Shown here one piece after another: positions 36,686 through 49,348 of a stretch of 64,000 nucleotides of DNA. The DNA is from Neoconidiobolus thromboides FSU 785 (taxonomy: Eukaryota > Fungi > Entomophthoromycota). How positions within the stretch are numbered: position 1 is the first letter of the stretch; each line of letters opens with the position of its first letter. The position numbers and the translations under genes were made by a program. The DNA lies in assembly GCA_025603075.1 (NCBI GenBank), contig MU626265.1:124001-188000 (forward strand). Direction: 5' to 3'. The notes under the pieces are model-generated. The model worked only from the letters and a program-made list of their open reading frames with translations, had not been told where the DNA came from and did no database searches.

Positions 36686-37848
36686 ATGCCATTTGGACAA
36701 GTAAAACATAAAGAATAAGGATAAAGCAAGGATTAAAATAAGTAAGGTAGTAATAGGACCACCAGGATCAGGCAAAACAAGTTATTGTTATGGAGCAGAA
36801 CAATTTTTCTCGGGTTTAAAAAGGTAGTTACTACTTATTATCAGTTTCATTTAAACTTTATTCTTAGAAAAACGATTATTATCAATTTAGATCCAGCTAA
36901 TGAAAATATTCCTTATACACCCGCCATTGATATTAATGACTTAATTACAGTACAAGATGTTATGGATGAATTTCAATTGGGACCTAATGGGGGTATGGTT
37001 TATTGTATGGAGTATTTGGAGAAAAATATAGACTGGTTAATAAATAAACTTACGAAATTTGAAGGTAAATAAACAAATGGAAATTTAAACAATGTTAACT
37101 TTATTTAGATTCTTATTTTATATTTGATTTTCCTGGACAAGTTGAACTGTATACTCATAATTATTCGGTAAAGAACATATTAGATAAATTACAAAAACTG
37201 GACTTTAGAGTAATTTAAAACGTCAATATTTTAAGATCCTATTTACAATTTTTAGTTGACTGCTGTACATCTAGTAGATGCCCATTACTGTACTGATCCA
37301 GTGAAGTATATATCAGTTTTACTAGTATCACTGAAGACAATGTTGCTGTTAGAGTTGCCTCATGTCAATGTACTTTCAAAGTTAGATCTAATTCAAAGTT
37401 ACGGAAAATTAGGTAATATCAATCAAAGCCAAATATCAAATTAAAACAATTTAAAAATAATAGCCTTTAGGTTAGAATTTTATACAGAAGTTATGGATTT
37501 AAGCTATCTTTTAGAACAGCTTAACGAAGAGCAGATGGGAACGAAATACCACAAGCTAACAGAAGCGCTTTCCTCTTTAGTTGAAGAGTTCGGGCTAGTC
37601 CATTTCCACCCCTTAATGGTCGAAGTTGGTTTTTTTCACTATATATTATATTATTAACTCATTTATTTAAGGATAAAAAATCCATGATTTCATTGATGAA
37701 AGCCATCGATAAAGCGAACGGCTATGTTTTTGGAGGCTTGGATGAGGACAACACTTCTTTGTTATTATCGAATATTAAGGTGCTTGATAACACTGAGTTA
37801 ATAAGCGATATGGAACAGATTTATATAAAAGAAAGAGAAGAGTTATAA
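36686..37848 (+). CDS. GPN2: GPN-loop GTPase 2, multi-exon
   Basis: MPFGQ|[54 protein letters not shown]. Confidence 0.92.
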
Positions 37849-37962
37849 ATAACTTTTGCAAAATAAATTAATAAACGAGACGCTACACAAACTATGACTA
37901 TTAATTTACAATAATCACATAATTAAGATCATTTATTTATATAAGGCGATATAAGAATTAAC

Positions 37963-38895
37963 TCAAAGCAAGCTAGTTTTTCTTTTACTTAAAATAGAAA
38001 ATGAAAATCTACGAATTCTTAATGGGGTTGTAGGAGGCACTAGAAAATCCCAGGACTTTTTAGACCTTAACATAAAGGCATCTTCATCCATTTCTTTCCC
38101 TTTAGAAGCAGTATCTATTAATATATTAATTAAGGCAAGGTCTTTATGTAACTCATCGTCTATATCTTTAAATTGATTTAGAGTATTAACAAGCTTTGAA
38201 TGATACTCTTCCAACTGTGTGTACCTTAAACTTTCCTGAAAAAAATTAGAGCATATATAAGTATATATGCATATAACTACCTTATCTACTTCTTGGAATT
38301 GAAGCTTAATTAGAGTTCTTATGACATAAATGACTCTAAAATTAATCAGTATATAAATGGATATTCTTATATGTGCACTAGAGTCAAATAAATAGATGAT
38401 ATCGAATAGCAGGCATATAGAAATAAGGAAAATATCTAAAACATTGAATAAAGAACTAAAGTAACTCTTAAAGCCAAGGTAATAACCTCGCAATATGGCT
38501 TCACATAGAAATAAGATAAAAATAACAATATTCGTGTATAAGGAAGCTTTTAATAATGAAACATTAAACGGGTTGTTTGGTACTTAAAAAAAGTATTAGC
38601 TTTATAAAATATAATGAAAATAAAGAACAGTACCTATAAATAAATCGGATATGGATAAAAATAAGTTCATAAAAGCTAAAATAGTGACTGTATACAAAAA
38701 AGATTTTTCAAAAATTATAGTCGCAACTTTCCTTTTAAAATATATAGAATAAGGTTCATTATCAGCTCTGTTATAGGTTTCTTCATTAGTTATATTGTAC
38801 TCTGCATCTAAAGCTTGTAGTTCTTGAACTACGCTCCGAAGGATCATAGCTTTTTCTACCACTAAGCCTTCATGTTCAAAATATTTTTCATCCAT
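37963..38895 (-). CDS. Voltage-sensor-domain-only membrane protein (Hv1/TMEM266-like, degenerate S4) with C-terminal coiled coil
   Basis: Four TM segments after splicing: S2 FILFLCEAILR (FxxExxxR), S3 FNVLDIFLI..LFDI, S4 ILINFRVIYVIR; heptad-like tail. Confidence 0.65.
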
Positions 38896-40330
38896 CCTTT
38901 TAAAAAGTAAACTTTTGTTAAATTTATTTTTTAAATACTATTCACTAATTTTAGTTGATCGTATATCTCCATTTATTTACGTTAAATTTTTGTCTAAAAT
39001 TTAAATGAAGTTGAATTTGATAATCAAAATTTAATTTAACTTAAATTAAGTTTTCAACCATTCTAGATTTCTAATAAATAAAATAGTAAAAAGAAATTAC
39101 TGTTAAATGTTGCGCTAACAACCATTATTTTTACAAATAATTTTATTCCTTTTTATTCTTATTTATAAAGTAGACACTCATTTTTTGAGTTATGTTAAAT
39201 AAGTATGACATTCTAATGATTAAAATTAAAATATTTAAAGAATACAGTTAAGAATTATAAAATTTGGTTAATTTTGTCTTAAAGATGTTATTGATTTTGA
39301 TATTTGTTTTAAACAGGATAGATGCATCAAGGCCTTTTATAACTAAACAAATTAGGCCTTTTAATTATATTGTATAAAAACATCTAAATAATACAAGCAA
39401 AATGCTTGTAATTTTATATGCTAATATTGTAAACAGTTACATTAAAAACTTCATTTAAAATAATTTGTTTTTAAAGCAGATGATTTTTTTATTAGATTGT
39501 TAATAAACCACTGTTATTAATAATCGAATAGTTAAAAAAGTATAGTTGCATCTCTTTATAATATCTTATAATAACCTCAATAATTACAATAATAAGTCAC
39601 AAATCCAATTTAAAATCGGAACAGTATTGAGAAAAGTTTAAAACTTGTTTTTACTGGTAGGATAATATTAAGCCAATCAAAAGTGTGAACACAGGAAAGT
39701 GATGCAATAAATAGATAATTCATACTTTTGATTAGCTATTAATATTAAATATGATCTAATAATATCCATTTATAATTATTTAAGCCCAAAAAGAAGCAAA
39801 GTATTTTTCGATAATAAATTACCGAGCCAGTAAAATCGTTCTATCTATCTCATTAATTGCTTAAACAGCTCCACTCAAATATGTGCTTAAAGCCAATAAA
39901 GAATCACTATAGCATCTTCTTCACAAACGATTGGTTTAAATTTTTATTTTGATCTTGAGGGGGAAACTATGGGCTTAAAAAAACAAACCAACTAAACAGC
40001 CAAGTTAACGGGTAAATCAAATTAATACCAATTGTTCATAACCCACTTTAAATATTAATTTCTTTTTAACTAAGAATTTGAGGATTGTGGCTTTGAATTG
40101 AATTTCTATAACTCTATCTCAACTTCCTTTAAAACTATAAACTAGTGTCTATCCAAAGTACATTAAGCTTCCTATATTTAATAAGACTATACTCTCTGTA
40201 GGTATTCTCTTTTATTTTCTCTGTTCTTATTCTTAATTTAGAGTATTTTTCCTTTAACATCAACTTATTAAATCCCAAACTCATTATCTCACTCATAGAA
40301 ATATCATTAATATTTACATAATTCATAAAA

Positions 40331-41063
40331 ATGCAGACAATTAAATGTGTAGTAGTAGGTGATGGTGCCGTCGGAAAGGTATTTTAATTATTTAAAATTA
40401 TGTCAGCTTGAATTAATTTAATTTAATTTAATTTAGACTTGTCTTCTTATTTCATACACTACTAACAAATTCCCCTCGGAGTATGTTCCAACCGTAAGTG
40501 ACTCTAGATATTTATAAATTTATGTTCAAGCTTTATTAGGTATTTGACAATTATGCCGTTACTGTTATGATAGGTGAAGAACCTTATACTCTTGGTCTTT
40601 TTGATACAGCAGGTAAATAACTATCACATTAGTAAAATCTCATTTATTTATTATTTTAGGTCAGGAGGATTACGATCGTTTAAGACCTCTTTCATACCCT
40701 CAAACTGACGTATTTTTGGTTTGCTTTTCAGTAACATCCCCAGCTTCATTTGAAAACGTTAAAGAGAAATGGTTCCCAGAAGTACACCATCATTGTCCAG
40801 GAGTTCCATGTTTAATTGTTGGTACTCAAATGGATCTTCGTGATGATCCAGCAGTTATTGAAAAGCTTGCACGTCAACGCCAAAAGCCAATTTCCACAGA
40901 TCAAGGTGAACGTTTAGCTCGTGAGCTCAAAGCAGTAAAATATGTAGAATGTTCAGCACTTACTCAATCTGGACTTAAGAATGTATTTGATGAAGCTATC
41001 GTAGCAGCTTTAGAACCACCAGTTACTCGAGGAAGTAAAAAAGGAGGCTGTACTCTTTTATAA
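40331..41063 (+). CDS. CDC42: Rho-family GTPase Cdc42 (4 exons)
   Basis: [70 protein letters not shown]. Confidence 0.98.
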
Positions 41064-41890
41064 TTTGAGAGAATTAAACCATGGGAATTAGCATTCCATA
41101 AAGAACCCTATTCGATTTAACATCCATGAAAGCGCGTAAATTTTAATCCATTTTCCCCTTTTCTTTTATTCATAATAACATTGTTTAAACTACTCATAAA
41201 ATAGTTTCGGTAATTTTTTTATTTGGCTATCTTTAAGATTGAATTTAATTAGTATTATTATCATAGAATCTTTATATTCAACTGAAGTCTTTTTTGTTAG
41301 ATTAAATATGAATATATATTACATCTAGCTTATACTATTTATAATTGAATTTAATCTTTCTTATAAGACAATAGAATAATCGTTAGGACTACTTCAATCT
41401 TTATTCACATTAAAATATTAAGCCTTTTATCAACTGGTAAGCTTCAAGCTATATGCTAAATAACCAACACCTCAAATATCTTGTAAGTAGGACTGTTATA
41501 CTACAATATTGTGTATAGCTATATAAACTATATTATTGTACATTTTATGTATATAACTTAGCTTTAATAGATTTAAAAACAATCATAAGATAGCAATATA
41601 CTTAATATATTTATCATTTACTCTATTTTTGAAGTTAATAATAACTATTACTTGTCAAGATCATTTTCTAATATAAACTTAGGTTAATTCTTTTGTTTGT
41701 TATTTGAAATAATTATATATGCTAGATTGCTAAATAAGTCACAATGAGCATAAAAAATAAGTGAATTATAAAATTTAGCCAATTAAATAGCATAATTCAC
41801 TCACATAATAATAGTATAAATAAATTAGTTTATAAATTTAAGGAGTAATAGGTATAAATAACAATCTTAATTAATTTTGTGACTTTTAAG

Positions 41891-42981
41891 ATGTCAACTA
41901 CAAATAGCAACAAATTTTTAAAAATCGATATTCATACTCATATACTACCAAAACAATTACCAGACTTATCTCGTAAATATGGTTATGGTTCTTGGGTTTC
42001 TTTGGATCACTTTGAACCTGTAAGTAGTTTACAGCTATTAAATAATAATATATTAATCTGATTTAGGGTAAAGCAAACATGATGAAGGATGGAAAAAACT
42101 TCAGAACCATCGAATGTAACTGCTGGTCTTCATCTCAACGTATAAAAGAGTGCAATGATACTGGAGTAGATGTTCAGGTCATTTCTACTGTCCCAGTTAT
42201 GTTCAACTACTGGGCAAAACCTCAACACACTTTAGATCTTGCTAAATATTTAAATGATCATGTAGCTCAAACAGTAGCTGAGGATCCTTCTAGATTTATT
42301 GGCTTAGGCACTTTACCTATGCAAGCTCCGGATCTTGCCATTCAAGAGATGAAACGTTGTGTTAATGAGCTAGGATTACCTGGGGTACAGATAGGCTCTC
42401 ATATCAATGAATGGAATTTAGATGCACCAGAACTGGATCTCTTTTTTAAAGCAGCAGAAGAGCTTGGGTGTGTTATTTTTGTTCATCCTTGGGATATGGA
42501 AACAAAGGGGCGAATGGAAAAATATTGGTTTCCCTGGCTTATTGGTATGCCTTGTGAAACCACTATTGCCGTTTGCTCCTTAATCTTTGGAGGTGTTTTT
42601 GATCGCTATCCTAAACTTAAGGTTTGTTTTGCCCATGGAGGCGGATCGTTTTTGGCTACCTTAGGTAGAATCGATCATGGCTTCAATGTAAGACCAGATT
42701 TGTGTGCCACACACATTAAGAAACCACCTTCTAGCTATTTAAAACAAATCTTTGTTGATTCTTTAGTTCATGATTTAGATGCCTTAAAGTTTATGGTTGG
42801 TAAAGTAGGTGTAGATAATATTTTATTAGGTTCTGATTATCCATTTCCGCTCGGTGAACATCATCCTGGTAAACTCATTGAGGATGCTTCTGAATTTAGC
42901 GATGAGGATAAAGAAAAAATGTTATCTGGGAATGCATTGAAACTTTTCAACTTAAAACCTGAGAACTATTTGCGCAACTAA
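41891..42981 (+). CDS. ACMSD: 2-amino-3-carboxymuconate-6-semialdehyde decarboxylase (2 exons)
   Basis: IDIHTHILPK, VQVISTVPVMFNYWAK, FVHPWDM, YWFPWLIGMPCET, FAHGGGSF, LGSDYPFPLGE. Confidence 0.95.
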
Positions 42982-43199
42982 TTTGATGTATATTATGGCT
43001 ATGGATTCATTTACTTCTACTATTATTATTAAATGATATTGTTTTTATCACTATATTTTATTTTATTGTATCTATTTGTTATGAGCCATCTTTTATTCTT
43101 TTTATAGAGTCTAAAATGGTGTAATATTTATCCCTGATTTTTAATAATTTACAATCGTGGTACTTGATTAAAACTATCTTTAATTTCTTAAAGTATAAA

Positions 43200-43695
43200 A
43201 TGGATTACACGAACTTAGAGTTAAGATTAAACACGCTAATAAACCAACAAGTAGAAAAAATCCAGACCGAAATAAAGTCTAACAATGACTTACCAAATCA
43301 CCTTATACCAAGTTCTCGATTATATGTTAATAAAGAAGAAGGTTTATTATTAATAGAAATAAAGACCAAAAAAGTAATTTCAAAATTTTATTTAATAAAT
43401 TAAAAACTAAAAGAGTACTTAGGGGATTAAGCTAGACATAACAACTTTGAAATACTATCAACCATTTATAAAAATAGCTGGGAACTGTCTTTCAAAGGTG
43501 AGTGAGATTGAGCTTGGGCTACCTGATTTAGACCAACATTCTTTGGTCCCGAAGTTTTATCAACAGGAAAATAGACAATTTGAATTAACTATTACTTTAC
43601 CTCATCATTTTGGTGAATTACCAACGGATATTCATTATATTCATGCTAAGTTTGTTGTTCCTAATCTCCTTAAGATCTATATTCCTATTGTTTAA
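43200..43695 (+). CDS. Small heat-shock protein-like (alpha-crystallin domain); exons 43200-43373 and 43423-43695
   Basis: GLLLIEIK..GIKLDIT..FIKIAG..RQFELTITLP..DIHYIHAKFVVPNLLKIYIP fits the ACD beta-strand pattern. Confidence 0.55.
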
Positions 43696-43907
43696 GTTTT
43701 TACTTATGAAATAGTCAAGAATTCTTAAATATCGCTTTCAGATAATATATTATAATCTTATTCAAATATAGTTATCTAAACTAAAACAAGTAATGTTTAA
43801 TTTTATACATTATAACTATCAATTATAAAACAACAGATAATTAATAAATAGTAATCATCAGACCCTTTAATGAGCATAATAAAAAACTTTAATAACCTTC
43901 TATTTAA

Positions 43908-44330
43908 TCAAGCGTTATAATACATCGCTATTGTGTAACTCCTATGATTCTTAATAAAGACTTTACTATAATTTTAATTAAAATTGGGTTTACTTTTTAG
44001 ACGAAAAATAAACTACCTGTTTTTCAACTGTAAACAAATACTCGGGTTCTCATTTTCTTTATTGTGAAACTCTCCAATTTCTTTGACTCTACGACCAATA
44101 CTCGCTAAATATCCTGAAGCGGATGAACTGGCTGTTCCTCTTGCTAAAAATTAATTTCGAGATTTATATAAATATATTATAATTAACTACCTAATAAGCA
44201 AAGCCCATTGTCATCTGTAATTAAAATGCCATTGACAGATTCATCTGCTAAACTAAATTTTAAAATTTGCAGAATGTTATTAAAGGTGAAGTTACCATTC
44301 TTCTATCATTTTATCAATTTCACTATCCAT
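43908..44330 (-). CDS. LAMTOR5: Ragulator subunit LAMTOR5/HBXIP (4 short exons, not in ORF track)
   Basis: Spliced MDSEIDKMIEECLADESVNGILITDDNGLCLLARGTASSSASGYLASIGRR...NPSICLQLKNSKVFIKNHRSYTIAMYYNA matches the LAMTOR5 roadblock pattern (VGVLCTDSQGLNLGCRGT..PVVCLE). Confidence 0.85.
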
Positions 44331-44681
44331 TTTGTTAAGAATGAGGACGTATTTTTTAAAATTAGGTTTTAGTCAAAAAGCCTGTTCTTTTTGATTTAGA
44401 TCATTTATCAAAAATGTTTTTGATAAATAATGCTAATTCATCTAAAGTTGAAGCTATATTTTTAATTCAATAAATGGATTTATTCATTATTATATATATT
44501 TAATTTTTTACTATTATTATAAACTATAGTAATTAAAAATTTAGCTAATAACTCATTATTGAGTTATGGGATCACTGCCAAATGAGTCTTATTTAGAAAA
44601 ATTAAAGTCTGGTTTTCTAAAAGTAAGCTATTTTTTAGCCTATTTTAATGTTCAAATAAATTCAAACCAACAATTAATGCT

Positions 44682-46673
44682 ATGATTTACTCTTCATATA
44701 ACTTAAGTATATTTACTGTCAATGCCTATACCAACATTAAAATAACATCAGGTTTTATTATTAGAATTACTAACCAAAAATCAGTTGCCAGTTTTTTAAC
44801 CAAGTTGAATACCAGGGTAGAAACTACATTAATTAGTTCAAATTTAAATGGTCCTATTTTTATAGTACAACGTTATTTGAACACAGTATCAGAAAGGAAT
44901 AATCAGTTAGATCTTTGTTGTAATAGGGGATCTGAACATGTTAAAGACAGTAACTTTATGAAGAACAGTGAAGAAGCGAATGTAAGAGTTACAATATCAA
45001 AAGATGAATATAGACAGTCGGAGTCAAATAATTTAGCTCAACAAACACAAAAAAAGATGGAAGAATATAATAGGCTGGGAGATTACAGAGCTTCCAGTGA
45101 GTGCTTTGAAACTTTTATCCAAACCAAAGGAGATAAACAGTACAGGTTTTTTGGTATAGATTTTTTTAATATTGCTCTGACAGCATTTTTGAGAATGAAA
45201 ATGTATTCAAGACTTGTAGATTTATATACAAAAATAAAACAAAATAGAGTGAAGCTGGATATATCTACTTATAATATTGTATTAAAGTCATATTTTGAGC
45301 AAAGTAAGTGGAATGAAATCAACGAATTGAAGCAAGACATTATAACTTATGAGCTAAAACCAAATAAAGTTACTTATTTTCTTTATATTCGAATAAACTT
45401 AAACCAGAACAATGATAAGCAAGCAATGTCGATTTTTAACAACATAAGTCAAGATAAAGATAAACACCCTCTGTCATTTTCAAATTATCATCAAATTATA
45501 GTAGACTTATGTGCCATGAGAAAAATGAAGTTAGCATTGAAAGTATATGAGACAATAATAGGTAATGGGATAAAACCTACCGAGGATTTTTGTATTACTT
45601 TACTACGAGGCTTATTTTCAAGCAATCTGCCACTTATTGCAAATCAATTATATAAACAATGGAAAATCAAATATCCACACTTCAAATCAAGTAAGCGAGT
45701 TATCAAATGTATTGTAGAGGGTATGATCATAAACCGAGAGTATAGTCAAGCATTAAATTATTTAAAAGTGTTAAGAAGGAATGGAGAAACAACTAATAAA
45801 GATGTGGAAAAGATATGGAATCGGTTATTTACGACCCATTTTACTCAAAAGGAGATAGATTTACAAAAAATTAATACTTTAAAAAGATATCTAGCTGATA
45901 ATTTCAATTTACCAAAAAGTTGTATGATAATTGATATAGATGTTTTAGTCAAGACTTATTTAATTGCCCCAGAGCAAGATCATAGTAATTCTCAAAAAAT
46001 GGAAATGAATGGCAATCTTCCTTTGGATTCTTTTTTCGAGCATAGAGTAAAGCCTATATTTACTCCAACATTGAGTGTTTTTAACGCTCTAGCACAAACT
46101 TTGAGCAAATATAACATGGATGATCTAAATTCGCAACTATTACTATTAGCAGAAAGAGAGCTTGGCTCAATTCCGCTTTCGATATATAATATAATGCTGA
46201 AAAAAGCATTCCAGGTAGGGGATATTAACATTGTTAATACTTTATTAGCCAAACTAGAAGAAGATAAAGTAGAATTCAATACAATGCTATACTCAACAAT
46301 AATTAATGGCTATTGTTTCTCAAGTGAACCTAAAAAAGCATTATTAACTTACCGTGATATGCGATTAAAAAATTACCCAAGGTTACTTTATCCAGCTATC
46401 AAAGTAATCAAGTTAAGTAGAAGATTAAAAGAGGTCAACTTTATGTTATGGATTATCAAGGATACCCTCGGTTACTATGGTCATGATTCGATGTCCAGTG
46501 ATGATAAAAACTGTTATAGTTTAGATACTACTTTAAGTGAGACGGAAATTGAATTGTTTATTAGCAAATTAAAAGCATTAAAATCTCCGACTATTGATTT
46601 TGTTTTATTGAACTATGATAAACTAAAATTAAGGTTAAATGGTGATATTACTAACAATAATAAACTTTATTGA
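44682..46673 (+). CDS. Pentatricopeptide-repeat protein, probably mitochondrial
   Basis: Repeated ~35-aa motifs (DISTYNIVLKSY, PNKVTYFLYI, SIYNIMLK, NTMLYSTIINGYC). Confidence 0.85.
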   Translation: MIYSSYNLSIFTVNAYTNIKITSGFIIRITNQKSVASFLTKLNTRVETTLISSNLNGPIFIVQRYLNTVSERNNQLDLCCNRGSEHVKDSNFMKNSEEANVRVTISKDEYRQSESNNLAQQTQKKMEEYNRLGDYRASSECFETFIQTKGDKQYRFFGIDFFNIALTAFLRMKMYSRLVDLYTKIKQNRVKLDISTYNIVLKSYFEQSKWNEINELKQDIITYELKPNKVTYFLYIRINLNQNNDKQAMSIFNNISQDKDKHPLSFSNYHQIIVDLCAMRKMKLALKVYETIIGNGIKPTEDFCITLLRGLFSSNLPLIANQLYKQWKIKYPHFKSSKRVIKCIVEGMIINREYSQALNYLKVLRRNGETTNKDVEKIWNRLFTTHFTQKEIDLQKINTLKRYLADNFNLPKSCMIIDIDVLVKTYLIAPEQDHSNSQKMEMNGNLPLDSFFEHRVKPIFTPTLSVFNALAQTLSKYNMDDLNSQLLLLAERELGSIPLSIYNIMLKKAFQVGDINIVNTLLAKLEEDKVEFNTMLYSTIINGYCFSSEPKKALLTYRDMRLKNYPRLLYPAIKVIKLSRRLKEVNFMLWIIKDTLGYYGHDSMSSDDKNCYSLDTTLSETEIELFISKLKALKSPTIDFVLLNYDKLKLRLNGDITNNNKLY

Positions 46674-47329
46674 ACACTGAATTTTTATAAATTATTATTT
46701 TAAATTATTTTACTCACATTTGACATAACCAAGTTTGATATTACTACCACTTTGGGACCGCTTGTATCTTTACTCAGCTATACTCCTTTAATTTATAAAT
46801 ATTGCTATGTGTGTTTTTACGAGAAATACAGATATGAAATTTAATGATGCGTTACATAATAAGAATAATGAAACAGGGGAAAATGTTTATGTCCAATAAT
46901 TATTAAATGAAAATTAAAAAATAAAATGAAAGTTCAATCTTATTATATGTTGCCATTTAGTTAATGTCTAAATAATCGATAGTATAAATACTATATAATA
47001 TGACTTTCAAGATATAAAAAAGAACATTGTTTTAATAACTGGAACTTTAGTTAATATTAATCCGTCAAGGTTAAAACATAAACTTCTATCATAATGATAA
47101 ACCCACAGTCCTAATTTAGCTAAAAAAAAACAAGTATTAACCTAGTTATTATGAATCGATCGTAAATTATAAAAATGTCATTATTTAATACTATAATACA
47201 ATTGAAAATAAAATTCATTTTTTCAGTTTCATTTAATAAATCGTACTAAAAAAGGTTTACAGTAGTCAAAAGTATGATTTGTAATTCTACCCAATTGTGA
47301 TTAAACGATTGATTTTTAGTATCTTATAT

Positions 47330-47903
47330 TTATTCTCCAAATAGGCGTTGTACTCTTTTTAATACAGAATCCTTGGATGGATCTAAATTATTGTTGTTAA
47401 TAAGTATCCATATCATTTAAAAATAATTACCATAAGGATGGTCCTTTGAAGGAATTTCTAAAATAGTAGGAAAAGCTTGAGTGTAACCATCAATCAATGG
47501 TCTGATCTGCTCAGCAACCTTACGATAAAATTAGCAAGCTAGAAGTTATAATTAAATAAAACTTACATGTTGATTAATTAAAATAATAGCGATATCTTTA
47601 CGTTGAGTGAACTCATTGAAAGTTGTTTCTAGAGTATCTAACTGAGTTTCTAGTATTACTGTTAATACTCAATTCTTCTAAATAGTTTAATTCTACTTAC
47701 TGTTATCAACCACCATAAAATTACTTTTTTGTTGTGCATCAATGTGCCCTACTCCAGATAATAATAATCCAGTTACAGTATCCTAATTAAATCAAATGAA
47801 TTCATACTTCTACATTTTGCTTTTCTAATCTCTTACTTACCTCATCCCCTATTACTGCTAAGAAATTACGTCCTTTATTGTTTGCTGAAACTTTGGGATC
47901 CAT
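47330..47903 (-). CDS. VMA7: V-ATPase V1 subunit F (5 exons, not in ORF track)
   Basis: Spliced FLAVIGDE|[40 protein letters not shown]|[17 protein letters not shown]. Confidence 0.97.
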
Positions 47904-48048
47904 TTTGATTGTAAATTTTAAGCCACGAATTTCTGTTAACTGACTAAATAGCAACTTGACTTTTGCTTCTTTCGCTTCCTAATGCAACTTTTTGCACAAA
48001 ATGTACTGTATTTTTAAACTTGGCAGTTTTGATAGTTATTTTTTAAAA

Positions 48049-49221
48049 ATGAAAAAATTATATATTTTAACAAGGTTAATAAAAAACAATAGAAGCCTAC
48101 AGCAATGTATAATAAAGAATCACAACTATCAAAATATACGTTATGAATCAACAATAGGCACTAAAAAATGGTTAGACAAACTTAAATTTGATGAACCAAC
48201 CACTTTAGAAGTATATAAAAAACCAAAGATAATAATTAATGAAGAGATAGCGTCCATCTTACATCAACACATTTTAAGAAAGGATTTCAACAAGTGTATT
48301 GACCTCATTGAGTTATACTTATTTCGAACTCATAATTATATCGATTATAATCTTATAAGTTTGGTTCTTAGAGCTATAATCGACCACTTTAAGTTTCAGT
48401 ATAAGTTTAAAACTTATATTAAAGATGAAGCATTTTTACTATTGGGGAGGCTGTATAATAATTTAAGCCAGTTTAAAATCAAACTGGACCGAAATTGTGC
48501 AAATTGTTTTATCTATGCTAATGTATTAAAATTGGATTTAGATATGGATAAAGTAGAACAGATATATAAAGAAAATGAGGTTGATTACGACATTGTTACT
48601 TATACTAACTTGATCTTAGGTTATGGAAGGATTGGAGACTTTAAAAAAATACGTTCGATTTATAGATATATAAAATTTCAAACACAACTAACAATTAATA
48701 ATGTTACTTATTCTACTATTATTGTTAGCTGTTTGAATAAAAATAAATTGAATTTGGCACTAACCTATTATTATCAAATGTTGGAAGAAGGCGTTAAACC
48801 TACAAATCATATTATCGGACCTTTGATCATAGCAAATTTAAAATTAAAGCAAGTGGATCAAGCTTTGATGTTATTCAATTCTTTGTTGAATTTAAATATT
48901 CAACCTGATCGTCTTTGTATGGAAAAAATGGTTATTGGTCTAGTAAAAAACCAACATTATGAGGTGAGTTTAAAGTTTTTAGAGCAAGCAGTTCATTATG
49001 GCTATTCCCTCAATCCTAAGTTTTATTTACAATTGATTAGTTGTGTACAAAGAGAAGCAGATGTTTTAGTAACTATTTGGGATTTTTATCTAAACACCAC
49101 AATTAAACTCAATCAAGAGGTTTTATTAGCATTCTACAGTGCTTTTAAATTAAATAAGAAGGGGATTGCTGATACTATTCTAGTATCAATTCAAGAGCAA
49201 TATAAAACTACTGATTTATAA
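48049..49221 (+). CDS. Pentatricopeptide-repeat protein (first ATG at 48049)
   Basis: DIVTYTNLILGYGRIG, NNVTYSTIIVSC, GVKPTNHII, IQPDRLC PPR motifs. Confidence 0.85.
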   Translation: MKKLYILTRLIKNNRSLQQCIIKNHNYQNIRYESTIGTKKWLDKLKFDEPTTLEVYKKPKIIINEEIASILHQHILRKDFNKCIDLIELYLFRTHNYIDYNLISLVLRAIIDHFKFQYKFKTYIKDEAFLLLGRLYNNLSQFKIKLDRNCANCFIYANVLKLDLDMDKVEQIYKENEVDYDIVTYTNLILGYGRIGDFKKIRSIYRYIKFQTQLTINNVTYSTIIVSCLNKNKLNLALTYYYQMLEEGVKPTNHIIGPLIIANLKLKQVDQALMLFNSLLNLNIQPDRLCMEKMVIGLVKNQHYEVSLKFLEQAVHYGYSLNPKFYLQLISCVQREADVLVTIWDFYLNTTIKLNQEVLLAFYSAFKLNKKGIADTILVSIQEQYKTTDL

Positions 49222-49348
49222 AATATTATAAATAAAATTGACGTTGTTTGATAGATTTATCTTTTACTTATTAAAACATAGAATAATTTTTAAAAAAACA
49301 ATAATAATTCAAAATTTGATTCTGGTTTAATATATACTCAAAAATAAA

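Noticed and set aside
36701-36746. Purine-rich first intron of GPN2 as a non-canonical intron
   Set aside because: Still GT-AG, of normal length, and restores the conserved [16 protein letters not shown] start
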